The notes under the pieces: model-generated
Seen by the model: the letters and a program-made list of their open reading frames with translations, nothing else
What the model was told of the DNA's origin: nothing
The model's database searches: none
Shown here: positions 8,104 through 16,039 of the stretch, one piece after another
Layout of the letters: each line of letters begins with the position of its first letter
Numbering within the stretch: position 1 is the stretch's first letter
Made by a program: the position numbers and the translations under genes
Source: Candidatus Methylomirabilia bacterium
Lineage (GTDB): Bacteria > Methylomirabilota > Methylomirabilia > Rokubacteriales > CSP1-6
Reading direction: 5' to 3'
Length of the DNA: 19,162 nucleotides
Assembly: GCA_046758965.1 (NCBI GenBank)
Contig: JBHIBG010000049.1
Location: 1 to 19,162 of the forward strand

Positions 8104-8895
8104 CGATGATCGCTCGCGAAGCTCACGGAGGAGGACGCGGGCCTGGCGGGCAGCTGGGCTCTCCGGGTCCTCCTCGACGACGCGCTCCCAGGTCTTCCGG
8201 GCGAGCGCTTCATCGCCCATTTCCCGCTGGCACAGCCCGATCTTCACAAGCAGATCTGAGTGGTTCCTACCGTTTGGAGCCGTAGCTAACAGGTCGTTGA
8301 ACTCTGCCAACGCCCCCTGGAAATCCTTCTGAGAGTACAAGATGTCGGCGACGAGCAGTTGGGCGCTCTCACGGAACTGGTGCGTGGGGTAGTTGGCGAT
8401 GAGATCATAGAGATCCACCATCGCCGCCTCAGGCTCACCGGCCTGGAATTTCGCCAGACCCGATTGATAGAGATCCTCCGCCGGCGTCGCCGCCGGTGAG
8501 GGCCCCGAAGGAGCCAACGGCAGAGGAGGAACGGGCTGCGGGGGCCCCGGGGTGGGGAGCGCCGCCCTTCGAGCTTCGCGAACCTGGTCGGCGAGCTGCC
8601 CAAGGCGGCGCTCGAGCACTTCAAGCCGGTCATCCTGGTGACGCTTCCCCGCCATGAGCCGGGCCAGAGCATTCTGAAGGCCGCTCAACTCGCGGCTGAT
8701 CCGGGTGATCTGCGCCTCTAGCTCATGCTGGACCTCCGATACCGAAGCCTCCCGGCGCTCTGGTTCAGGGGGAGATGATCGCGCCGATTGAGCTGTGTCC
8801 TTGTCCCAGCGCAATATGCTCGCGCAACCTGAAAAGAGAAGGCCGAGAAGAGCAACCGAAAGAGCCAGCCTGAGGCCGGTCATACAAATGCTCAC
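7999..8895 (-). CDS. CpoB/YbgF-like lipoprotein (coiled coil, Pro-rich linker, TPR domain)
   Basis: Lipobox LFSG|C; heptad region ELEAQITRISRELSGLQNALARL; EDLYQSGLAKF...LIANYP...AQLLVADILY...LVKIGLC...WERVVEEDPESPAARQA, the YbgF TPR pattern. Confidence 0.8.
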   Translation of the reverse strand: MSICMTGLRLALSVALLGLLFSGCASILRWDKDTAQSARSSPPEPERREASVSEVQHELEAQITRISRELSGLQNALARLMAGKRHQDDRLEVLERRLGQLADQVREARRAALPTPGPPQPVPPLPLAPSGPSPAATPAEDLYQSGLAKFQAGEPEAAMVDLYDLIANYPTHQFRESAQLLVADILYSQKDFQGALAEFNDLLATAPNGRNHSDLLVKIGLCQREMGDEALARKTWERVVEEDPESPAARQARVLLRELRERSSTLTPPLSLEGRGSLLISFSVEGRGGLGVSLSVEA

Positions 8896-8898
8896 TTT

Positions 8899-8941
8899 CC
8901 CCTCACCCGTTTCCTCTCGGGGAGAGGGACAAAGGGAGTGG
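8899..8941. repeat. Degenerate intergenic REP-like palindrome
   Basis: CCCCTCACCCGTTTCCTCTCGGGGAGAGGGACAAAGGGAGTG. Confidence 0.7.
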
Positions 8942-8980
8942 ACCCCTGCGGTCTTCCCCTGGGGACGCGACCACGCGCCG

Positions 8981-11203
8981 CTAGAAGAGCACGAGAAGCG
9001 CCGCGATTGAGAGGAACGATTGACCGACGATGGTCATGACATCACGGAATGCTGGGAGCGCGCGAATCCTCTTTTCTTCCTTCGGCGGGACAATAATCGT
9101 GTCCCCCGGCTCGAGACTCCGCAATCTTGCGAACCCGGACAGAGCGGATCCGTCGGCTTTGACGATGTGAATCTCCTTCCTGTCGGCTTGCTTGGTCAAC
9201 CCGCCCACGCGATTCAGGTAGTAGGTGACGTCTGCCCCCTCTTTGAACCTCACTGACGTCGGGTTTCGCACTGCCCCGATCACCAGGACCGAGCTGGGAC
9301 GCTGAGGCAGCAGAAGGGTGTCGCCATCGTCGAGCACGATGTCATCGGCGGTCCCTTCGAGCCTGTCCAGGTGATCGAGGTGGACCACCATCCGGCCCAC
9401 CGTGACCCGGTTCGCCAGCGCGTGGAGCAGCTCACGGCGGGCTGCGATCGTCTCTGCCCGATGTGCGGCCTCCTCCTTCTCTACGCCAATCACTGTCTCT
9501 CCAGCCTGGGCAAGCAGCCGCTCCTCCTGCACCCGCATAAACGCGTTGAGCTGCTCCTGCTCGATCTCCCTGAGCGAGGCCCGCGTGAACACGGCCCCTG
9601 TGAGATATGCGCGTTCCGTGAAGCCACCCGCACGACGGAGCACCGAGCTCAGCCGCTCGCCGGGCTGGATCGAGTATTCTCCCGGGCGTTTCACCTCTCC
9701 GCTGAGCGTTACGCTCCGCGCCGGCCGCAGCTCTGTCCGCACAGCGATCCGATCGAGCGGTTTCAGCACGAGATCCTGGCTCCGCTCCCCCTTCCACACC
9801 TCTCTCAGATCAACCGGGATGATCTCCGTCGCTAGATCCGGCCCGCGGCGAACAACCTCTACCCGACTGAGGTGCGCCTCAGGCAGGACGATCTCGGGAG
9901 TGAGGAGCTGGCTGATCCGCATCCCCTCCTTGAGCTGATAGTCACCCGGGTACTTCACCGACCCGGCGACGGTCACGGTGTTGTAAATCCTTGGGTCGCT
10001 GGTGAAGATGCGGACGAGATCACCGTTTTGGACCGGGATATTCGGTCCAGAATCTCCGTTGAGGTAGAACCGAGTCAAGTCGAGGTCTACCGCGACCCGC
10101 TCGGCGCTCGGCCGCGCACGAATCACCTGCACCCGCTTCAGATAGCTCCGTGGTGTAAACCCCCCCGCCGTATCGACCAAGTCCGCTAAGCGAATGTGTC
10201 CCTTTAGCTCGTAGATCGCAGGGCGCTTCACTTCTCCAAGAATTCCGGCCACCGGCCCGATCGGGGGCACAAAAATCGTATCCCCGGACTCCAGGCGAAA
10301 GTCCCGGGTCCTGTCGCCTCTCAGCAGATAGTCATAAAAATCCAGGCTTCCGACCACGTGCTGATTCCTCAGGAGGCGGATATTCCTGAGGGAGCCGGTC
10401 GGGCTCGGGCCCCCGGCCGCCGCCAACGCGTTGGTCAACGTGGAAAGGCCTCCGATGGTGTACGTGCCGGGCTGCTTGACCTCGCCGACGACGTTGACCC
10501 GGATCGTCCGAAGACGCCCGAGCGTCACGCTTGTGTTGAAGCCACGGAAGTAGCGCCCGAGGTGCTGGCGGATAAGGTAGTCCGCTTGGGAGAATGACAG
10601 CCCCCAGACCCGGAGCGCCCCGACTTTCGGGAGAAAGATCTGGCCGTTACGGTCCACTGTCCGAACCAGGGTGTTATCCACCTGGCCCCAGACGTAAATG
10701 GTCAGATCATCTCCGGGCCCCAGGATGTAATCAGGCCCAACCGGCACGTCGTCAACCGGCGCAAAGGTGGACACGCGCGCTCTGAAGAAGTCATAGCCAA
10801 ACTGCCGCAGAGCCTGAAGGCGCTCGCCCGAAGGGGCGGCAATACCCTCGAACGCCAGCTCAATAGGAGACGGCAACGGCTGAGTCTCCGGTTCCGGCGG
10901 GGGAAGGCTCTTCAAGGCTTCACCGGCCTGTTCAATTTCCTTTGGCGACGGGAGAGGTTTCCTCTTCGGCTGAGCTGGCAGGGAAGGTTGAGACGGTTGG
11001 GGCGCGGGCCGTTGCAGAGAAGGTCCTTGAGGAAGAGACTCCCGGGGCGGCGCTCCATCGGGAGTATTTGACGGTCCTGGCGATCCCATCTGTTGGGCCC
11101 GGACCGCCGGGAGTCCTAATGAGAGAGAAAGCGCCAGAATCAGTCCGACGCTAAGAGCGCTCGACGATCTCCCAACCAAGGTGTTCATCGTTCTACCCCC
11201 CAC
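8981..11203 (-). CDS. Polysaccharide export protein (OPX; Poly_export plus multiple SLBB domains)
   Basis: QFGYDFF, DYILGPGDDL, repeated V.GEVK.PG.Y / L..GD.I.VP SLBB units and a C-terminal hydrophobic helix. Signal peptide ends AVRA|Q. Start is 11203 (GTG) or 11188 (ATG). Confidence 0.92.
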   Translation of the reverse strand: MGGRTMNTLVGRSSSALSVGLILALSLSLGLPAVRAQQMGSPGPSNTPDGAPPRESLPQGPSLQRPAPQPSQPSLPAQPKRKPLPSPKEIEQAGEALKSLPPPEPETQPLPSPIELAFEGIAAPSGERLQALRQFGYDFFRARVSTFAPVDDVPVGPDYILGPGDDLTIYVWGQVDNTLVRTVDRNGQIFLPKVGALRVWGLSFSQADYLIRQHLGRYFRGFNTSVTLGRLRTIRVNVVGEVKQPGTYTIGGLSTLTNALAAAGGPSPTGSLRNIRLLRNQHVVGSLDFYDYLLRGDRTRDFRLESGDTIFVPPIGPVAGILGEVKRPAIYELKGHIRLADLVDTAGGFTPRSYLKRVQVIRARPSAERVAVDLDLTRFYLNGDSGPNIPVQNGDLVRIFTSDPRIYNTVTVAGSVKYPGDYQLKEGMRISQLLTPEIVLPEAHLSRVEVVRRGPDLATEIIPVDLREVWKGERSQDLVLKPLDRIAVRTELRPARSVTLSGEVKRPGEYSIQPGERLSSVLRRAGGFTERAYLTGAVFTRASLREIEQEQLNAFMRVQEERLLAQAGETVIGVEKEEAAHRAETIAARRELLHALANRVTVGRMVVHLDHLDRLEGTADDIVLDDGDTLLLPQRPSSVLVIGAVRNPTSVRFKEGADVTYYLNRVGGLTKQADRKEIHIVKADGSALSGFARLRSLEPGDTIIVPPKEEKRIRALPAFRDVMTIVGQSFLSIAALLVLF

Positions 11204-11290
11204 ACGCCTCTCCTCGCACGATTAGCCGGCGATTGTACATCCGTCGCCCGCTCCGGGCCGAGCGCCGCCGCTCAAAGTCATGCCGTCAGC

Positions 11291-12412
11291 TCACACCCTA
11301 GGAGTTGGTCCTTCCAAGCCACCTTGCGAAGAGTACGAATCGAGACCAGCACCGACGGGATGAAGGTGATCCAAGGCAAGGCGCTCTGGAGCCAGCCCGG
11401 GCCCTTGATGCTCTCTCCGCAAGACCTTCTTCACCATATAGATCGGCTTCCCCAAGCCCTCGTGGTAGATCCTGACCAGCATCTCGCCCAGCAGGCCCAT
11501 CCCGATGAGCTGGACCCCCAACATGATCAAAAGGACCCCGAGAAGCAGGAGCGGCCTCCCGCCGATCTCATGGCCGAGAAAAAGCTTCAGGAAGGCAAGG
11601 TAAAAGCTGATGACAAAGCCCGTCGCCCACAGGACCAGGCCGATCCCCCCGAAGACCTGGATCGGTCTCGTGGCGAAGCTCACCAGGAACTTCACGGTGA
11701 TGAGATCCAACAGCACCTTCAAGGTCCGGCTGAAGCCGTATTTGGATGACCCGGCCCTTCGCAGATGGTGGCGGACCTCGACCTCCGCGATGGAGATTCC
11801 CATCCGGCTCGCAACGGCCGGAATGAACCGGTGCATCTCCCCGTAGAGCTTGAGGTTGTCAATCACCTCCCGGCGATACGCCTTCAGCGTGCAGCCGTAG
11901 TCATGGAGATTGACCCCGGTGACGGCGGAGATGAGCTTGTTCGCCAGTCGGGAGGGGAGCCTCCTCGTCAAGAAGGGATCCTGCCGCTCGGCGCGCCAGC
12001 CGCTCACGACATCCGACTCGTTGATCAGCTCCAGGAGCCTCGGAATATCTCCGGGGTCATTCTGGAGGTCGCCGTCCAGGGTGACGATCACCTCGCCCCT
12101 CGCGTAGTCGAAACCGGCCGTGAGGGCGGCCGTCTGGCCGAAGTTGCGCCTGAGGGTAAGAATCGTCCAGCGAGGATCCTCGTGGTGGACTTCCTCGAGA
12201 AGCGCAAGCGTCCTGTCCGTACTCCCGTCATCGACGGCGATGACCTCATATTCCCCTTCCACCTTCTCCAGGGCCTCACTCACGCCCCGGTGCATAGGGC
12301 GGATATTCTCCTCCTCGTTATAGAAGGGGATAACAACCGATACGAAAGGGGGATTCGACTCAGTCACGGCCGCGTCTCTGCCGGCAACCAGCAACGCCAA
12401 GTCCCCCCTCAT
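11291..12412 (-). CDS. GT2 polyprenyl-phosphate glycosyltransferase (ArnC/DPM-like)
   Basis: SVVIPFYNEE, VDDGSTD, RNFGQTAAL.AG, LDGDLQNDP, DYGCTLKAY, HRFIP, and two C-terminal TM helices ending GLLGE..RIY. Confidence 0.93.
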   Translation of the reverse strand: MRGDLALLVAGRDAAVTESNPPFVSVVIPFYNEEENIRPMHRGVSEALEKVEGEYEVIAVDDGSTDRTLALLEEVHHEDPRWTILTLRRNFGQTAALTAGFDYARGEVIVTLDGDLQNDPGDIPRLLELINESDVVSGWRAERQDPFLTRRLPSRLANKLISAVTGVNLHDYGCTLKAYRREVIDNLKLYGEMHRFIPAVASRMGISIAEVEVRHHLRRAGSSKYGFSRTLKVLLDLITVKFLVSFATRPIQVFGGIGLVLWATGFVISFYLAFLKLFLGHEIGGRPLLLLGVLLIMLGVQLIGMGLLGEMLVRIYHEGLGKPIYMVKKVLRREHQGPGLAPERLALDHLHPVGAGLDSYSSQGGLEGPTPRV

Positions 12413-12505
12413 CTCCCCTCTCCCCCACGAAGGGGGAGAGGATAAAAGGAGTTGTCAATAACTTGGTTCCCTCTCCCGCGCGGGGGAGAGGATTAGGGCG
12501 AGGGA
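12403..12505. repeat. Pair of oppositely oriented REP-like palindromes (BIME-like)
   Basis: CCCCCCTCATCTCCCCTCTCCCCC-ACGAA-GGGGGAGAGG (12403-12441) and TCCCTCTCCC-GCGCGG-GGGAGAGGATTAGGGCGAGGG (12468-12504), separated by an AT-rich linker. Confidence 0.82.
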
Positions 12506-12528
12506 GAAAGGAAGATTGAGCAAGGCGG

Positions 12529-14355
12529 TCACCGGCGGTTTGAGAAGAGCCAGCGCGATTCGTACAGCCCCACCTCGTGCAGGGCCGCGGGGGTCAGGAG
12601 CCTTCTGACGCTCCTCCCAACCGGATAGTTCGTCACGAGGAAGACCCGGGCGGTGCTGTTCCAGAGGCTGAGGAACTCCTCCGACCCGAGAAAAAGCCGT
12701 CTCGCCTCCGGGTACCCTGATCCGTACTTCAGCGATCCCTCCTGCCCGTTCACCACGTACACCTCTCGACCGGTGTAAAACCTGAGCCCCCCCGCTCGCT
12801 CAAGCCGCCCCTCATTCACGATGAGATCCCCCGGCCCCGCCGCATCCTGAATGGCAGAGGCGACAGCTTTGACCGAGTAATGGGGCTCGATGAGCCGGAA
12901 GAACGGAAGGATCAGGAGGGCGATGGCAAGCCCCATCCCTGCCAAGGCCCCGAAGGCCGCCTGTGGGCGCCGAAGGCGGACGAGGATCCCCGCGACTCCG
13001 AAGCCGATCAGGGCAAAGACGCCACCCAGGGCAAGGAGGGAAAAGACGCCGGGGCCAAATCGCTCCGGAAGAGGGATGCCTTGCTGAAGCAGGGCACGGA
13101 ATGAGACGTTCACGCCGGACAGCCCGATCAGGACCTTCTCCGTCGTGAAAGCCTCCTGCCATCTGAAGAGCACGACGAGATACCCGATGGCGCCTGCGAA
13201 AGAGATGGCCAGCCACGGACCGACGGTCGCCCATTGGGGCCGGCTGCCACCCTCAGCCCGACCCCTCTCCCCACCCTCTCCCCCAAGGGGAGAGGGTGAA
13301 GCGTGAGGGGAACCAGACCGGGCACCAGCCCAGAGTCCCCCGACCAGAAGGGCCAGGGCCGGGAAGGCAGGGAGGGCGTAGTACTCGTGCTTGAAAGCTG
13401 AGATCGCAAAGAAGCCGAAGACGACGATGATCCAGACAGGGACCAGGAGCCCGAGCTTCGTCTCCACGCTGGCGTATGTCTCCGCTATCAGGCGGCGGAG
13501 CCGTGGCAGAAGATCGGCGACGGCCGCTGGAAGCAAGACGCTCCAGGGGAAGAACCAGAAGATCGTCACCAGGAGAAACCCCAGGGTGGAGGCGGGGATA
13601 TCACCGTGAGGAACAGTTCTCATGCCGAGAAAGCGTAAGATGTGGTGCTCCATGATGTAATACCGGAGGAAGCCTTCGTTCTGCCACGAGGCGGCGAGGT
13701 GCCAGGGAACGGTCAAGAGGACAAGAAGCGGGATCCCCACTGAGAGGCTCAGCTTCCGAAGCGCTGCCGCGGGCTTCGCCACCAGGGCGAAGAGGGCGAC
13801 GATCAGGAAGGGGAGCAGGAGCCCGATCAGCCCCTTTGCCAGTACGGCCAGCCCCACCCCGAGATAAAAGAGGAAGGGACCTCGAAGGAACCCCGGGGTT
13901 CCCTGAATCGTCCTGACGAACCCGTAGAGGGCGAGGGCGAGGCAGGCGCTGAAGAGAAGGTCAGTGGACGCCCGCCGCGCGGAGAGGGGAAGGACGAAGC
14001 TCGAGGCCAGGATCAGCCCGGCAAACAGGCCGGCCCGTTCGCTCAAGAGCCTCCGGCCCAACAGGTACGTCAGGATGACCAGGCCGAAGGCCGGGATCGC
14101 GCTCCAGAGGCGAATCGCAAATTCAGACGCGCCCATGACGGGAACGGTGAGGGCTGTCAACCAGAACCAGAGCGGAGGCTTCTCGAAGTACCGGATCCCG
14201 TCGAAGCGGAGGGTGACCCAATCCCCCGACGACAGCATCTCCTGGGTGATCGTCGCGTACATCCCTTCGTTTTCCAGGAACGCCACCTCTCCCAGCCTCC
14301 AGAAGAACGCAACGAAGCAGACGAAGAACAGGATCAGCCATCGGGACGCCATCAC
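12529..14355 (-). CDS. ArnT-like GT-C (PMT_2-family) polyprenyl-phosphate-sugar transferase
   Basis: NEGMYATITQEMLSSGDW...YFEKPPLWFW...EFAIRL...LAKG...FFPWS...KHEYYALP; many TM segments and a soluble C-terminal domain. Confidence 0.9.
   Translation of the reverse strand: MMASRWLILFFVCFVAFFWRLGEVAFLENEGMYATITQEMLSSGDWVTLRFDGIRYFEKPPLWFWLTALTVPVMGASEFAIRLWSAIPAFGLVILTYLLGRRLLSERAGLFAGLILASSFVLPLSARRASTDLLFSACLALALYGFVRTIQGTPGFLRGPFLFYLGVGLAVLAKGLIGLLLPFLIVALFALVAKPAAALRKLSLSVGIPLLVLLTVPWHLAASWQNEGFLRYYIMEHHILRFLGMRTVPHGDIPASTLGFLLVTIFWFFPWSVLLPAAVADLLPRLRRLIAETYASVETKLGLLVPVWIIVVFGFFAISAFKHEYYALPAFPALALLVGGLWAGARSGSPHASPSPLGGEGGERGRAEGGSRPQWATVGPWLAISFAGAIGYLVVLFRWQEAFTTEKVLIGLSGVNVSFRALLQQGIPLPERFGPGVFSLLALGGVFALIGFGVAGILVRLRRPQAAFGALAGMGLAIALLILPFFRLIEPHYSVKAVASAIQDAAGPGDLIVNEGRLERAGGLRFYTGREVYVVNGQEGSLKYGSGYPEARRLFLGSEEFLSLWNSTARVFLVTNYPVGRSVRRLLTPAALHEVGLYESRWLFSNRR
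13250..13310. repeat. REP-like palindrome inserted in frame in the arnT-like gene
   Basis: Perfect 11-bp stem ACCCTCTCCCC-CAA-GGGGAGAGGGT (13273-13297) flanked by CCCTCA...TGAGGG; encodes PHASPSPLGGEGGERGRAEG. Confidence 0.85.
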
Positions 14356-14357
14356 GC

Positions 14358-15977
14358 CTAGAAGCGATAGGTCGCCTCGAGAAAGAACGCGGGGACGGTG
14401 TCATCCTGCCCCTGAACGAAGTCGAGATTGTCCACCTGTTGAAGCTGGAACCTGCCAAAGAGCGAGAGGTTGCCCGGGAGCCGGTAGGAGAGGTCGAGAC
14501 CCGAAAAGAGCCGCTTCTCGAGGATGGGCTCACCGCGAGTCGAGCCGACCTGCGAGTAGCCGCTCTCGAGCCCTAGCAAGAGATCGCCCGTCAGCCACCG
14601 CGTAACCCTGAGATAGACATCACGACCCCCGGTCCCGATGAAGTGGGAGATGGGTCGGCCCTCGAACGAAAACCCGTCCCGGTATACTCCGTGGGTGAAC
14701 GAGATGCTGCTGGTCTGGGTGTACTCGAAGCGGAGATTGGTACGGGGCAGGAGGAACGGGTTCTGGATGAACGTCCCCACGAGAAAGGCCGGCTTCCTCG
14801 GGATGACGATGACCTCGAGGACCCGGAAGTCGATATCATCGAATCCCAGCTCCCCGTATAGCGCCACATCCCTGCCGATGGGGAGATAGCGGTCGGTGTT
14901 GGCAAGGCGCAGGGTCGCATCCAGGGAGAAGAGCGTGTTCGTACTCCCGAACTTCCCCCCGGCGCCCGTGCGGCTCGAGCTCCGGGACTTCCAGATCAGC
15001 TCGGGGAGCTCGTAGAACTCGACGGAGGGTTGTCCCCTGCCGTTGAATTGGATCGCCGGAGAGAAGCCGAGCTCCAGGAACGAGAAGGGAGTGCTGTTGA
15101 TCCGGAACCCCAGGACCTTTGCCTCGGGGAACTCCCGGTTCTCCTCCAGGCGGACTGCGGCCAACGTCAGCTTGGTCGGCCCCATGTACTTGAAGAGCCA
15201 CGGGGGGACAAACGCATCGGTCGAGAGCTTGATCATGTCGAGCGGAGGGGCGTTGTTGGAGAAGAGCATCGACCCGCGAAACCCCGGTCCCCACCAGAGG
15301 CTGTCGCGGCCGACGAGAAGCTCGGCGTGCCATAGGCTCAGTTTGGCGTACCCCTGGATCAGGCGGAGCGAGGTGGACCCGTCGTTCCCCTCGAACTCGG
15401 GGTAGACATAGAAGGAGAGGAAGTCGCCGATCTGGGCCCGACCCTGAAGCGCGATCCGGCTGCTCCCATTCTCCAGAAATTTCGCGCCGAGGGAGTTGGA
15501 AGGCGAGGTCTCCCGGTCCGCGTACCCGGCTTGAAGCTGAAGGGTGTCGACCGGCTTGAAGAAGAACGTTGACGGCGCCTCTGGCACTCCGGGAACCCTG
15601 ACTCCCATGGTGGCCAGCTCCGGGCCGAACTCCTCGATCAGACGATTCAACACCGCCTCCAGCTCAGCCCGGCCGCTGATCAGGCCTGCTCTGTCGCCAC
15701 GGATGGTCTCCACAGCCCGAGCCACTATTCTCGCCGCCTCCATGCGACTCAACGGCTTGGTATTCAGGACCACGCGCCCCGGCAGCCCCGAAAGCGCAAG
15801 CCGCTCGAGGTCGTCGTAGATCCAGTGGCGGGAGACCGCGAAGCCTCCCCAGTTCTTGAGCGGCACGTTGGTCCGGTCGCCGGCCCAGCCAAAAGAAGCG
15901 ACACCGGCCACGAGCGCGAGAAAAAAAACGAGCCCCGTGAGATATTGACCCTCGCATAGGCGCGGATGGCTTTCCAT
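14358..15977 (-). CDS. wzi: Capsule assembly Wzi family outer-membrane protein
   Basis: LLVGRDSLWWGPGFRGSMLFSNNAPPLD signature, beta-strand pattern, and a C-terminal beta-signal (LEATYRF). Confidence 0.85.
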   Translation of the reverse strand: MESHPRLCEGQYLTGLVFFLALVAGVASFGWAGDRTNVPLKNWGGFAVSRHWIYDDLERLALSGLPGRVVLNTKPLSRMEAARIVARAVETIRGDRAGLISGRAELEAVLNRLIEEFGPELATMGVRVPGVPEAPSTFFFKPVDTLQLQAGYADRETSPSNSLGAKFLENGSSRIALQGRAQIGDFLSFYVYPEFEGNDGSTSLRLIQGYAKLSLWHAELLVGRDSLWWGPGFRGSMLFSNNAPPLDMIKLSTDAFVPPWLFKYMGPTKLTLAAVRLEENREFPEAKVLGFRINSTPFSFLELGFSPAIQFNGRGQPSVEFYELPELIWKSRSSSRTGAGGKFGSTNTLFSLDATLRLANTDRYLPIGRDVALYGELGFDDIDFRVLEVIVIPRKPAFLVGTFIQNPFLLPRTNLRFEYTQTSSISFTHGVYRDGFSFEGRPISHFIGTGGRDVYLRVTRWLTGDLLLGLESGYSQVGSTRGEPILEKRLFSGLDLSYRLPGNLSLFGRFQLQQVDNLDFVQGQDDTVPAFFLEATYRF

Positions 15978-16039
15978 TTCTCATGCGGAGCTGACTACCG
16001 CGTCGGTTGGTACGGGGGAAACTCCCGGAAGCTGCCGGC

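Noticed and set aside
11230..11262. Internal promoter (minus-strand TACAAT) upstream of the OPX gene
   Set aside because: No -35 element or correctly spaced extended -10 TG; a lone hexamer is insufficient.
15990..16005. ops/JUMPstart-like GCGGTAG before wzi
   Set aside because: Only a partial match to GGCGGTAGnnTG, likely chance at this GC content.
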